From assembly GCF_006345805.1 (NCBI RefSeq), contig NC_043024.1, positions 17,236,001 through 17,300,000 on the forward strand: 64,000 nt of DNA. Direction: 5' to 3'. The DNA comes from Octopus sinensis. Lineage: Eukaryota. Positions within the stretch are counted from its first letter, which is position 1. Every line of letters begins with the position of its first letter. Shown one piece after another: positions 1 to 13,696 of this stretch. Both the position numbers and the translations under genes were made by a program. A model generated the notes under the pieces. The model did not search any database, was not told the origin of the DNA, and saw nothing but the letters and a program-made list of their open reading frames with translations.

Positions 1-179
1 TTTATTATTGTTATTATTATTAGTAGCAATAAAATAAATTGCTTTTACTTATGTTTGTACCATCCTTTCAGCAAAATTGACATAAACACATATACATGCA
101 CATATAAATATGCATATACACAAATTTGTCCTAAAAGACGCATCTGTATATATATGCTTATCTTAATGTGTTTATTTAA

Positions 180-356
180 TCATATATAATATATACATAC
201 ACATATGCATATGAATGTATATTCATATAACATACATATATATCTATCTATATATATATATTCATAAATATATTCCCATATATATATACACACACACACA
301 TATATATATATACATCTATTCATGTATATTTTCCTGTATGGGTGTGTGTGTGTACA

Positions 357-408
<52 letters not shown>

Positions 409-425
409 ATATATGTATATATATA
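180..425. repeat. (TA)n/(CA)n microsatellite mosaic
   Basis: Visible dinucleotide runs; source of the YI-rich ORF 215-640. Confidence 0.95.
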
Positions 426-639
426 CTCTCAATGCGATAATTGGTTCATTGGTAAATTTACTTCCCTCTAGAACCTTCGTCCCATCCTTTCCCTCTTCTC
501 ATCTCGTTCCTTACTCTCTCCTTCTTCTTCAAATCTCAGAATGCTTGTGGCAAATTCTTCTGACAGAATTAACTTCTATTTCCTGCCTCCTTAGACTTTC
601 CTCACCAACTTCTTCTGGCTTGTATTGTTATTTCTCATA

Positions 640-1035
640 GTTGTTGTTGTTGTTACTACTATTATTATTATAATCATCATCATCATCATTATTATTGTTG
701 TTGTTGGCTTTCCCAAGTTGTCTCCTCTCAATGTCCTCATCACTTTCTTCACTCACCAATCAGCTGCAGACTTCGCTAGTTTGTCATCAATACCAATAAT
801 ACCATTTCCATCACCACAGCCACTGCAATCAACATCATCCTTATCATCATCATCATCATTATCATCGTCATCATTATCATCATCATTGCTTTTGTCATCA
901 GTCATTATCATCTTCATCATCATTATCATTGTCAGTTGCCATCTTCAATAGGATCAGACATCATCATCATCATCATCACCACTACAACTATCCCCACAAT
1001 AATAATAACCATCATCATCATCACCATCATCGTCA
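640..1035. repeat. (CAT)n/(TTA)n/(GTT)n trinucleotide low-complexity tract
   Basis: Visible trinucleotide runs. Confidence 0.95.
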
Positions 1036-1333
1036 TCGTCCACTTCATGCTGTAGTATTTATGGCATCACTCAAAGAAACATCAGTGTTTCTTTTTTACT
1101 CTCATCCCCCCCCACTGCTATCTCTGCCTCCCCCCTAGCTCTCTCCCTTCATCTGTCTTTCCCCAACCCCTGTCTCTCTCAGACACAAAATGCACTCCTT
1201 AACATTCAAACATATGAAATATTTCACCTGTAGAACTTTACTTATTTTAGAATACTTTAGTAAAGAGACACATTCCATGTGTTGTGGAGTGTGTGTGTGC
1301 ATGCGTGCACATGCATGTAAGGTTGATACTTAC

Positions 1334-1365
1334 GACCTGTCAGAGAGTGACCATTAGTTTCATAC
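1334..1365 (-). other. Candidate 32-nt exon (YETNGHSLTG)
   Basis: cactttttag|GTATG...GGTC|gtaagt on minus strand; only one of three frames open; no homology recognised. Confidence 0.2.
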
Positions 1366-1394
1366 CTAAAAAGTGCTTAGCTGTATAGGCAACT

Positions 1395-1500
1395 CACTGA
1401 GGTTGACTTTGCCTTTCATCCTTTTGGGGTCGATAAATTAAGTACCAAATTGTTCCCTCCCAAAAAATTTTGGGCTTTGTGCCTAAAGTAGAAAACAATA
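1395..1500 (+). mobile_element. SINE-M (Meta-domain SINE) fragment
   Basis: GAGGTTGACTTTGCCTTTCATCCTTTTGGGGTCGATAAATTAAGTACC, the central domain shared by about 20 copies in the window. Confidence 0.75.
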
Positions 1501-1769
1501 TTTTATCACAATTATTTACAACAAAAGAATCTACCAGTAACTCTTATTAAGTTCTGGGTATTGACTTCTCAAAATAATATATATTCCTGCAAGAGATATC
1601 TACACTGTTGCAAATAGTCTTCACACAGTATGCTTGGCTGGAGGGATTAGTTTGTTTAGGCTGTGTATAGGTGGAGGATGTTTGCTCTGAGGGAAAGATT
1701 TTCATAATTCTATATCCCACTAAAAATAAAAGAAAGAAAATTGCATCCCTCGCCCCACAAATATTTTCC

Positions 1770-1813
1770 CAGGCTGCACCGGTGAGGCATATGCCCTACA
1801 TTGGGAATCACTG
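1770..1813 (-). mobile_element. Single hAT-like terminal inverted repeat
   Basis: CAGTGATTCCCAA end resembling the TIR at 18505; partner end not found. Confidence 0.35.
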
Positions 1814-2199
1814 GTTTAAATAATGAATTTAAAACTGTGTTAGAGAACAGCCTAAAATATTTCATCGACCAAATCTATGTCTTCCACTCTGTCTACAATT
1901 CTGGAACATTGTTTTATATTTTGCAACAAACAATGTGACCAACATCATTTGCAGACATTAAGAATAAAGGTGTGCAGTGGAAGGGATAAGGGTTGGTTCC
2001 TGGCTGAGGGCTTAAATGGTTGGTTGGCAGCTGGCAGAAGGAAAGAGACACAAAATATTGTTTAAGAATTAAATTATTGGATAATAATGTTTAGGGCCGT
2101 AAAAATTAAAATGTAAACATAATAAAACATTCTTTATGTAAATGCCAAAAATATATTACACACACACACATGCACATACGGAAATGCAAACCTAAGCAT

Positions 2200-2595
2200 A
2201 CACATGAATATATATATATGTATACATACATATACACACACACACACATATATATATAGACATATGTGTATCACTTCTGTGTGAGTGTGTATATATACAT
2301 AGATTTACACACACATATATACACATTTCTATATGTGTCTATATACATAGACTTCTATATATATATGTGTATATATATATATATGTGTGTGTATATATAC
2401 ACATATATATATTATATATTTGTATATATATATAGATATATATATATATATATACATATGTATATATATATGTATATATGTATTATATATGTATATATGT
2501 ATATATATATGTATATATATGTATATATGTATAATATATATATATGTATATCTGTTATATATATGTATATATATGTATATATATATATATATATC

Positions 2596-2627
<32 letters not shown>

Positions 2628-3091
2628 ATATGTATATATGTATATATATGTATAGATATATATGTATATATATGTATATATTATATGTATATATATATTG
2701 TATATATATGTATATATATATATGTATATATATATATATGTATATATAGTATATATATATGTATATATATGTATATATATATGTATATATGTTTTTATAA
2801 TATGTATTATATATATATATGTATGTATATATATATATATAATATATGTATATATATATGTATATATATATATGTATATATATATATGTATCTAGATATA
2901 TATGTATATATATATGTATATATATATATGTATCTAGATATATATGTATATAAATGTATATATATATATGTATCTAGATATATGTATATAAATGTATATA
3001 TATATATGTATCTAGATATATATGTATATAAATGTATATATATATATGTATCTAGATAAATGTATATAAATATATATATATGTATCTATAT

Positions 3092-3140
<49 letters not shown>

Positions 3141-3239
3141 CATATACTTGTGAGCGTGTGTGTGCATACACTCCAAGTACGACCATATTGACTACATATA
3201 TATATGACTGTATGCAAAGAATAAGACACACAACAAGTA

Positions 3240-3272
<33 letters not shown>

Positions 3273-3515
3273 GAAGAAGGTGAAGGAGTGAGGGAGGTGG
3301 TGGGGTGTACTTTGTGTGAGAGAATGTACAGGATATAATGTAGAGAGTATAAAGCAATAAAGGTAGAGGTGTGTGTATACATACATGCATACATATATAT
3401 GTGTGTGTATGTGTATACACATGTGCATACATACATATCTATATATATATATATATGTGTATATATATAATATATATATATATATATTATATATATATAC
3501 ACACATATATATACT
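2200..3515. repeat. Long (TA)-rich microsatellite/minisatellite block
   Basis: TA/TG runs; five ~40-bp units marked by TCTAGA at 2891, 2933, 2973, 3011, 3051. Confidence 0.95.
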
Positions 3516-3599
3516 CACAACCCTCACAAAGAGTAGACGTTAATAGCTGACATTGATGAGTGAACTAGAAACTAATAAAACATCACAGTGTCAGTCTGT

Positions 3600-4050
3600 G
3601 AATAGCAATTACACACACACACACAGATACATGCACACACGCACACGCACCGCACACACACACACACACACACAAATATACATACAATCATACATAGCCA
3701 TTTGTATATAGTCACACACACACGTGCACTGAAACACTACACACATATAAATATGTGTGCGTGTATGAACATGTATGTGTATATATATATATATATATAT
3801 ACATACATACATACACACACGTGCGCACAGAAACACCTCTCATATATAAACATATGTATATATGTGTGTGTGTGTGTATATATATATATATACACATGCA
3901 CAAACATGTATGGAAATATACATACATACAATAATATATAGTCATTTGCATATAGTCACACACACATGCACTGAAACACTACGTACATGTATATATACAC
4001 ACACATGCATACTCACACACAAATCCAAATATATCTGTATGTAGTCATAA
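3600..4050. repeat. CA-rich tract with a diverged ~245-bp tandem duplication
   Basis: CATTTG[T/C]ATATAGTCACACACAC..GCACTGAAACACTAC occurs twice (about 3697 and 3943). Confidence 0.7.
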
Positions 4051-4127
4051 TTCTAAATAAATATGCATGTAAACACTATCGATCAAATTATAGTTTATAA
4101 ATAAATGCCACTCAATGGATATATATG

Positions 4128-4227
4128 NNNNNNNNNNNNNNNNNNNNNNNNNNNNNNNNNNNNNNNNNNNNNNNNNNNNNNNNNNNNNNNNNNNNNNNNN
4201 NNNNNNNNNNNNNNNNNNNNNNNNNNN
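4128..4227. other. Assembly gap (100 N)
   Basis: Exactly 100 Ns, typical of a gap of unknown size. Confidence 1.
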
Positions 4228-4759
4228 ATTGCAACTATTGATACTATTACACTATACAGCTACTATTTCTTTCAATGCTAATACTACCACCACCACTATT
4301 ACCAATACTACTACTAATACAACGACTACTACTGTTACTAATTCAATAAATACTACTACTACTACTGTTGTTAATTGCAACAATAACATTAGCATTTCGT
4401 CTCTATCCCCTTTCCTCTTACTTCTCCTCTTTCCTTCTACTCTTTCTCTTCCCCCTTCCTTGCTAAAGGGCTCTTCTAGCTATGAAAGGAACGAGAGGAG
4501 GTGGAGGAGGCACTAGAGAGGTGTTTAGATGCAGATTACGGCACACACACACACACACACACCACAATAGTCAGGAATCCTACACACACACACCACCATA
4601 CACTAGCGTATACACATGCTCTAACAAAAGCACACACGCTTATACATACACATACAACACTGTGTTAATGTCACATACACAGTAATACAATTGCATATAC
4701 ATACAATCACACACACACACACACACACACACTCTACCTGTTGTTTCTTTTCTTTTTCA

Positions 4760-5030
4760 AAACTCATACACACACATTAATGCATACACAGACACACACA
4801 CATGCACACACAGACACACACACAAACACACACACATACACACAGATAAATGCACACACAGACACACACATGCACATACACATACACACACATAAATGCA
4901 CACACAGACACACACACATACACACAGATAAATGCACATACACATACACACACATAAATACACACATACACACACATAAATGCACACACAGACACACACA
5001 TAAATGCACAAACAAACGCATGTACACTTA
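4760..5030. repeat. (CA)-based minisatellite
   Basis: Recurring CACACATAAATGCACACACAGAC units. Confidence 0.9.
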
Positions 5031-5353
5031 CACACTATGACAGTCTCACATATATCCCCTCCACCAGTATATTACTGGTATACATTTTCTGATGGTATTT
5101 CTCACCCTGCCCTATCAACCTCACCAATTCCTTCAACATCTTTCTCATCTTTCCTTTAACACACAAGTTTACACCACACACACACACACACACACAAATA
5201 CAAGCAAACCTAAGCCTGTGTGCCTCACTGCACATATACACACACAAATACCTGAGCACTCATGAATACACATATATATACATACTGATATACTTACTGC
5301 ATATATACATGCATAAAACATACATAATCAATTACTGCACACATACATACAAT

Positions 5354-5388
<35 letters not shown>

Positions 5389-5524
5389 ACACATACACAT
5401 GCTCTCACTATTCATTCACACACACACACACACTCAAACATGTGCACACATATACACACATATTAAATCAAATAAACAAACACACAGACATGTGCTAACA
5501 CAGAAGCTGTTATATAGTAAGTTG

Positions 5525-5740
5525 ATGTGCTAGAAACAGCAGCCAAAATACAGTCCTTCCCCACTCCCATATTCTTGAATCACATCCCAGCATCTGAGTA
5601 AAACAAAGAAAAAGAAAAAGAAAACACTAATAGTATATTTTTGGTATTGATAGAGAATTAATGAAAATAAGATTGGTGGGTCATGGATGGAGAGTCCTTT
5701 ATCATAAATGAACTTGACCAGAGCTGACTTGAGGCCAAAC
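5525..5740 (-). repeat. Repeat-D, unclassified interspersed repeat
   Basis: Reverse complement of the GATTTGGCTGCT(A/G)TTTCTAGC family also seen near 9065, 10415, 32095 and 44515. Confidence 0.6.
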
Positions 5741-7082
5741 TAGATCCATATATGTGCATGTATACACATACAGATACATAAATATACACACACACATATA
5801 TGCACACACATATATGCACACACATATATGCACACACATATATACCCTCATATAAACATGTATATATGAAGAAAATGAGCCCAAATAATTTGTGTTTGTC
5901 TGTGAGTATTTGGTCAAATTAAATTACTGTCCTTCTCTAACATTTAATCTTGTTTCTTGTGTGACTTTCCCGCCACGACCTCTCCTCCAGCTCTGAACCT
6001 TGTATACCTTCCCTGGCTGCTATTTGAACCCGGAACGGTGAAGACACTGGGAGTTTACGTAGAATATTGGTGTTCTTCTCAGACTACAGAGTTGTGAGAT
6101 GTTATGAGGTACCTGTGTGTGTGTGTGTGTGTGTGTGAGACTATTTAAGTGTGTGTGTGTGTGGTGTGTGTGTGTGAGACTAAGTGTGTGTGACTATCTA
6201 AGTGTGTGTGTGTGTGACCATCTAAGTGTGTGTGTGTATATGTCTGTGAACGGACCAACCACGGAACTTTTTAAGTGTATTCACGACCACTACTACTACT
6301 ACTACTACTACTACAACCACAACTACTACCGCCACCGCTACCTCTATTATTAATCAATGTCATAATGATTTCTAGCATTGGACGAGGGATGTTACAACTA
6401 AACTAATGAGACGCACGCGCATGTATCTGTATGCATGCATTGCACATACACATAGACATGTATGCATAAAGACACGCACATACACACACACACACATGTG
6501 TGCATGCATGCAGACACACACACATTAAATTACATAATATATATATATGCGTGTGTGTGTATGTGTATACATGCATAGACACATGCATGTTCATATGCAA
6601 TGTGTATAAATATATTACTACATGCACACATGCATGCATGTATATCTTTATGTACACATGGATGAAAATGCACGAGATATAAACACATGCACACATCGAA
6701 AGAGCATGTATGCACATATACAAACTTGCAATAAAATATAGTGACTCTCAAAAAAAGATGCATTTATATATAGATATATATATCATATATCATAAGCATA
6801 TATAAATATATAGCCAGCTCTTAGTCAAACCGTCCAACCCATGCCAGCATGGAAAGTGGATGTTAAACAACGATGATGATTATGATGACTACAGAAATGT
6901 ATATATCATAATATACACATATATATGCCCATGTAAACACCTACACTTGTGAATAAGTATACTTATGTATGCAAAGACCCATATAGATTGATATATATGT
7001 ACACAGATATATATATATATATGTGTGTGTGTATATTATATTATGTAATCTATGTATAAATATTGTTATTTATAATGCTTGC

Positions 7083-7187
7083 CTGCAGTTTGGGTGGTTG
7101 CATGGAGTGGTAAAGTACCGATCGGCAACTACCTCCCCAACAGTAGTTTTTTTCATGTGCGATACCACTGCAAACTTTCCGCTGCCG
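7083..7187 (-). CDS. Candidate internal exon, GSGKFAVVSHMKKTTVGEVVADRYFTTPCNHPNC (kinase subdomain I-II-like spacing)
   Basis: Acceptor tttctttcctttctccttcacag, GC-type donor AG|gcaagc, 105 nt, phase 2-2, open frame; homology is by-eye only. Confidence 0.3.
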
Positions 7188-7289
7188 CTGTGAAGGAGAA
7201 AGGAAAGAAACAACAACAATGGAAACAAAACCGTGACCACTTCTACAGATAGAGCAGGGACGTGGCTCTTGAGCAAACACTTGCTAAAC

Positions 7290-7535
7290 AGCACCAGCAA
7301 CAACAACAACAATAACAACAACAACAGTAACAGCAACAACAACAACAACAACAATAACAGCAACAACAACATGTACATCAATGACAATAACAACCACCAG
7401 AACCACTGTTACATCGTGTGCCGTCACCAATAATACCGCGAGCACTAGTGTCATAAGTAGTCTTTGAACTACTACTACTGCTGCTACTACTACTACTACG
7501 ACTACTACTACAACTACTACTACTACAACTACTAT
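7290..7535. repeat. (AAC)n and (TAC)n tracts
   Basis: Visible trinucleotide runs. Confidence 0.95.
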
Positions 7536-7668
7536 AAGGAACAAGTTTTCTTACTGTTTTACAAATCAAGCAATAAACTATTCACAAAGGATATATTTAT
7601 ATATATATATACACATATACATACATACACACATATATATATATATACCACATACATATATATATATA

Positions 7669-7702
<34 letters not shown>

Positions 7703-7760
7703 TATATACATATATATAGATAACCATTATATACATATATATATATAAATATATATATAT

Positions 7761-7800
<40 letters not shown>

Positions 7801-8042
7801 AATACATACATTATATATGTGTATATATACATATATAAATACTTATACATACATATATTCATGTCATGGCTCTTGCTCAGAAGCCGAAGGATCTTTAAGT
7901 CCTCGACGCCGAAAGGTAAGTCAATATAAAAATAAATATACTATATACTTATATATACTTACATGCATATCACACGCACACATATATATATGTATACACA
8001 CATGTAATATAAATATATATAATATATATATATATATACATA

Positions 8043-8083
<41 letters not shown>

Positions 8084-8404
8084 GATCACAATGAGGCTTA
8101 ATTATATCAATCATCATTACCATCATCATCATCACATCATCATCATCATTATTGATGGATTTTATATCAGGAATCATTATTTTATTTGCAAGTCTTTCCC
8201 TTTTTCATTCTTCATATTTTTTCCTTCTCTCTTCTTCTCTTCTCTACTTCCTCATTCAGTTTTTCTCCCTCATCCTCTTCTTTCTTTCTTTCTTTCCTTT
8301 CTTCCTTCCGTCTGTCTGTCTGACAGTTTCCCCCTTACTCCCTCCACCTCCACTGTTATCTCTTATCAACTTCAGTAATTCTTCATTTTTTATACCCTTC
8401 CATC

Positions 8405-8600
8405 TTTGCATTTCTTCTTCTCTTGCTTCTTCTTCTACTTCTTCTTCTTCTTCTCCTTCTTCTTCTTCTTCTTCTTCTTCTTCTTCTTCTTCTTTCTTCT
8501 TCTTCTTCTTCTTTCTTCTTCTTCTCCTTCTTCTCTTTATTCTTCTCTTTCTTCTTCTTCTTCTTCTCCTTCTTCCTCTCCTTCTTTTCTTCCTCCCTCA
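8405..8600. repeat. (CTT)n polypyrimidine tract
   Basis: Visible CTT/CTC run of about 200 nt. Confidence 0.95.
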
Positions 8601-8934
8601 TTCCTCCTCAGTCTTGCCCCCCCACCTCACTCTTTCTTCATCCTGTCCATCTGTCCTGTCCTCAATAGGTCACTGGGTGACACACAGACAACACCTACAC
8701 CAAACCTTTTACCCCTGATCTATTACTCACCGTACGATGACTTAAAGCTTCAAATGGCAATGGTTCAAGTTCAATTCCTCCTCTCTTCAGCTCCACTTTT
8801 TATATCAGTTCATTCCTTTTCATTCAGTTTTTGCAATTAACTATTTTCTGGTGACAGGCATGGCTAGAGTGTCAATAACAATATAATTTTTCACTGTAGT
8901 AGTTTTTAGCATTTTTCTGATTGAGTATGAAAAT

Positions 8935-9115
8935 CCATAATCAAAAGCATTCTAACCATGACCAACACATCTGTGGTTCTTTTCTCAGTTTTTGTGTATA
9001 TTTAGAATTAGATCATCATCTAATGTGGCCTTTGTTAAGATGTTAGCAGGGTGTTATTTGAGGAAGATTTGGCTACTGTTTCTAGCATGCCAACCAGCCC
9101 TATAGATGTTCCCAC
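8935..9115 (+). repeat. Repeat-D copy
   Basis: ATCAAAAGCATTCTAACCATGACC ... GAGGAAGATTTGGCTACTGTTTCTAGC. Confidence 0.6.
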
Positions 9116-9424
9116 TTGTGTGATTTGAAGGTGATTCAGTTGCTATTTCTTGCACGTTGAATGACTACATCAATCCTCTCCCTTAATTATACTATCACTA
9201 CATCATTATACCAGTTATATACTGAGGTGAATGTATACAAATATATATATACATGTATGTATGTATATATTTATGTATGCATGTATGGATGGATGTATGT
9301 ATGTATGTATGCACACACAGGTACACACACATACACACACATATGCGCTTGCACACATTAGGGATCAATGTGATTTACGATATCTTTGGCCTTTTACCTG
9401 TGTTATTTATGAACCTTTATATTG

Positions 9425-9800
9425 TAAGTTCAATCCCTGTTGATGTCAACTTTGTCATTCACCCTTTTGGGGTTAATAAAATAAAGTAGCAGAACGTGTA
9501 GGGTTGATGTAGTCAACCCCACACCTTCCCTCAGAATGCATGACACTGTGTCTACATTAGAAGCCACTATGAGAGCAATCATTCGCAGTATAACCGGTAG
9601 AGCAGGAGGCAAAGTGTCTTGTAATATCTAGTTGCATGCCTTTATGTGGCAGGTTCAAATCCTGCCTAGGTTGACTTAGCCTTTCATCATTCAACGGTCA
9701 ATAACATTCTGTACCAGTTCTATACTAGAGTCTTTTCATTCACTATTCTCCCCCTCCCGCCAAATGTTGTGGCCCTTGGGCCACTGTACACAAATTAACT
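9425..9800 (+). mobile_element. Two degenerate SINE-M copies in tandem
   Basis: Two degenerate Meta domains with GTTCAA(A)TCC box-B-like motifs. Confidence 0.6.
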
Positions 9801-10244
9801 TTATAATTTCGTTGCTGCTGCTGCTGGTGCCGGTGATGTTAGTGTTGCCGGTGCTGCTGCTGCTGTTTATTTTTTGGTGGGAGAGTAAAAATCAGACAGA
9901 AAATTAAGTGCTGCTTCCCCCCCCCCCCCACCACTAGCCCACCTCTTTTACTAAGTCCACCTCGGAGCTTTCAAGTGAAAGCGCGAGCAGCTGAGTGGTT
10001 ATTTGTCCTGCAAGAAATAACACCGAACATCTCCTTCAAATCAAACTTCTCCATCTTAAAAATAGAGACGGTGAATAATGTGATTTTTGGTTCACTGCGC
10101 AAGATGGTCATGTCAGGAAGGCCTTTGATAATAAGCCATCTCAGTCAGTACATCTGTGGTTAAACAACAACCACAACTAACACCCCACCACATGCCTAAT
10201 TCTAACCCAGTGTTGTTCTTGTGATTTAGCTCATGTTATTGTTG

Positions 10245-10470
10245 TTGTTTAGCCCCAGGTCAGCCCTTAGAAAGAAGGCCTATGATCAAAGGCATTCCAT
10301 TCATGACCATCTTATCATATTCCTATGTGCAAGGGCCATAAGACCACAAAATTTCTCTAACACGTACCACCTGCTTTTATTTTTAAAGTAGATTTTGAAT
10401 GTAATTTGAGGAAGATTTGGCTGCTATATCTAAATTGTGAGATAACCATGTAGATGCTCTCTCATTAGTT
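10245..10470 (+). repeat. Repeat-D copy
   Basis: TTAGCCCCAGGTCAGCCCT..ATCAAAGGCATTCCA..GATTTGGCTGCTAT. Confidence 0.6.
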
Positions 10471-10849
10471 TCCCAACTATGACCCTGTTATTAAAGGGGA
10501 TGGAAGACAGGGTGGGAGCAGAACTTTGAGGGTGCAGCCCTTAGACCTTTCACTGTGATTATTACAGTGAAATACTCCATGGAGTTCAAATCCTGGGTTG
10601 ATAAAATAATAAATACCAGTGAAATACAGGGTAAATACCAGTAAACTATTGAGGTTGATTCAGGTACCAGTAGACTACTGGGGTGGATTAAATCATCTAC
10701 AACCCAGCCCACTAATAATTGTCTGTCTTTGTGCTTGACTTTGGTGTTGTTTAACCCAAGGTTGTCCCCGATTGAGTTGTAGGTGTATAATCAGAGGTAT
10801 TCCAACCATGACCATCCTGATATATCAGAGACTCCATTACTTACAGGTG

Positions 10850-11010
10850 GTGAGATGGTGGTGGAATCGTTAGGGTATCAGATACAGGATACCTTGTGGA
10901 TTTTTTGCTGGTTCTCAGCACTCTGAGTTCAAATCCCTCTCAGGTCAACTTTGCTTTTCCCTTTTTTGAGGGCCAATAAAATGCCATTCAAATACTGAAG
11001 TTAATATTTT
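10850..11010 (+). mobile_element. Degenerate SINE-M
   Basis: CTGAGTTCAAATCCC..GGTCAACTTTGC..AATAAAAT..CCA. Confidence 0.55.
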
Positions 11011-11049
11011 TTCCTTCTCTTTCTCTTTCCACCACATCTCTCCCTTTCA

Positions 11050-11123
<74 letters not shown>

Positions 11124-11149
11124 TTCTCTCTATATATATTGTTGTTGTT

Positions 11150-11448
11150 TGTTCCTTCTCAAGCTATGCCTGGTGCATAAGGGCCGGCTTCCCAGTTTCA
11201 TTGACATATAGGTCCCCACCTGGACGGGACACCGGTCTGTCGCATGTGAGCTGCAAGATGCAGGAGGAAAGAGTGAGAGAAAGTTGTGGTGAAAGAGTCA
11301 GCAGAAGTTCGCCATTACCTTCTGCCGGAACCACATGGAGCTTAGGTGTTTCACTCATAAATACACACATCACCCGGTGTGAGATTCAAACCTGCAATCC
11401 CTCGACCATGAGTATGCTACTCTAACCACTAGGCCATGTGACTCCACA
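11150..11448 (-). mobile_element. SINE-B (tRNA head, tail type 2)
   Basis: Reverse complement of the head and core of 50945 and 61765 (TGGCCTAGTGGTTAGAG; CACCACAACTTTCTCTCACTCTTTC). Confidence 0.75.
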
Positions 11449-11461
11449 TATATATATATGT

Positions 11462-11499
<38 letters not shown>

Positions 11500-11793
11500 T
11501 GTATATGTATGTATGTATGTATATATATATATATGTATACCAAACAATTTCAAAGACTATAGCTTGTTATACAATATAATTAGTTAAAATGACTGACATG
11601 TGTTTCTGCTGCACAGATTATGTGCATTTGTGTTTGCAACCTACAATGTTCTGCTATGCACCTTCATTCAGGGTTCTTCTGCAAGCATGGTTCCAAGCAA
11701 ACTGAGTTTAATTATTCATGATTAGATTATTTTATTATTTAAGATACAAAAGGAAAGTGAAGGGAACATGTTGAAATGTGATATACTCTGATA

Positions 11794-12194
11794 TACTTTT
11801 ACTCGTTTCAGGTATTTGACTGTGGCCATGCTGGAGCACTGCCTTTAGTCAAGCAAATCGACCTCAGGACTTATTCTTTGTAAGCCTAGTACTTATTCTA
11901 TCGGTCTCTTTTGCTGAACCACTAAGTTACGGGGACGTAAACACAGCAGCATCGGTTGTCAAGCGATGTTAGGAGGGGACAAACACAGACACACAAACAT
12001 GCTCACACACATGTATATATATACATATATACAACAGGCTTCTTTCAGTTTCCGTCTACCAAATCCACTCACAAGGCTTTGGTCGGCCCGAGGCTATAGT
12101 AGAAACACTTGCCCAAGGTGCCACGCAGTGGGACTGAACCTGGAACCATGTGGTTGGTAAGCAAGCTACTTACCACACAGCCACTCCTGCGCCT
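11794..12194 (-). mobile_element. SINE-A, full length
   Basis: tRNA-like head (TGGCTGTGTGGT ... GGTTCAGTCCC), internal TA run, 3' half ending GACTGAAACAAGTAAAAG; about 25 copies in the window. Confidence 0.9.
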
Positions 12195-12264
12195 ATATGG
12201 CTATAAAATATATTTTGTAGCTCACCTCAAGTGAACCTTAGGTCCAAGACAAAATACTGATATA

Positions 12265-13290
12265 CAGGGTGCGAGGGGTATTTGAGGACAGTTTTGGTAT
12301 ACAATAAAACAACTATATTTCAGCCTGAATAAATATGTATTTGGATAAACATTTGTGCAGTTAATCTTGATAAGGGATTTTTAAGCAAATTATTCTATGA
12401 AACTGCCTTTGGCTTCAATGGCTGTTTCAATGCAAGACCAAACTGCTGGCCTGCTGACACTATATGGTCCTCATTTATTTTGGACATCACTTGGACAATG
12501 GTGGCCTTCAGTGAAGCCATCGTATTATGAGGGTGATGATTAGTCTCCCTTTCAACAGTGTTCCACACGTAGTAGTCCATGGGATTCCAATCTGGGGAGT
12601 TCGGAGGTCACATGTTGTGTGTAAAGATTGTCTGACAACCATTCTTGGGTGACTAGGACCTCATGAGAAGGTGCTGAGTTTATTGAAACCCGTATGGCCT
12701 TCCATTACATACTTCATTAATCCAGGGCTTGATAACAGTTTCCAGTACCTCAATGTATCCAGCAGCATTAATTCTAAGACCCTGTGAAAAGAAGTGGGGA
12801 GGCATCACATGACCTTTGCAACTCACGACTCCTAAAACCATCACAGTTGCTGGAAATTTCGTGTGTATCACTCTGGGTACTTCAGAAGGATCGACACATA
12901 AACACCTGTCATTTCATCTGTTGGACTTTTGATTCTGGTCAAAGTTTTGTTTGTCAGAGAAAAACCAAAGCATGCCTTGTTCATGAGGGTTTTTCACTTT
13001 GATAAGAAACCGTTTTGAACAGATGAAACAGTTTTCTTGTGTCTTTGCAGACACAAATTGGCCTTTTCTCATTACATAAGACTTGTATGAAATGTCACGA
13101 TGTACCACAGTTCTGGTAGTCCACTCTGACACCCAAAATTCTTTAGCAATGGACCTCATTGATCTTGTGGGACTTTCATCGATAATGTTTTGAGCATGTT
13201 GTATAAATTCCGGTGTCCTTTTAGTGTCTGAGCATTGTGAATGTTTTTTCTCTTTGATACAGGTGAAACATTGCCATCACATGCCTCCAA
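12265..13290 (-). mobile_element. Decayed Tc1/mariner transposase, maT/DD37D-like
   Basis: Motifs WFFSD, VMVLGVV, FQ*(D)SAPSH, (W)PPNSPDWNPMDYYVW across frameshifts; TA|CAGGGTG end at 12265. Confidence 0.9.
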
Positions 13291-13309
13291 TTCCAACTGG
13301 AACTCTGTG

Positions 13310-13520
13310 CTCCAGTTGCTCCAGTCCACTCGGCTCACAAAAATGAGTTGTACCTGTATTTCAAAGGGTCAGCCTTGTCACATTCCATGTCATGCTGAAT
13401 CTCCCTGAGAATTACATTAAGAATACACATGTCTGTGGAATACTCAGCCACTTGCACATTAATTTCATGAGCAGGCTGTATCATTGATCAGATCAACTGG
13501 AACCCTCATTGTTGTACCAT
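13310..13520 (+). mobile_element. SINE 3' part (V-type body plus tail type 1)
   Basis: GCTCCAGTCCACTC..AAAAATGAGTTGTACCTGTATTTCAAAGGG; tail shared with 50945-51325. Confidence 0.75.
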
Positions 13521-13696
13521 TATATATATATACTAGGTAAAATGCTGTCTTGCAAAAAGTACCCTTGTGAGGAAACAACAGTAAATTAGTTTTGAATTCT
13601 TCCACAAAAGTTGCCTACCTGTCCCCTAGTGTTTGCCATGAACATCACCAGAGTTTCAGGAATCATCCATTGATCAGATGGTGCGAAGAAAGAAGA

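Noticed and set aside
5040-6090. Collinear kinase-like snippets on the minus strand (NILRKL..PFRVQI, RAGGEV, LVRLIGQGEKYH..SNILV)
   Set aside because: They need frame changes, have wrong spacing, lack HRD/DFG residues and have weak splice sites; most likely my over-fitting.
8731-8805. Strong minus-strand donor ACG|gtgagt with open KVELKRGGIELEPLPFEALSHRT
   Set aside because: In-frame TAA directly upstream and no acceptor after it.
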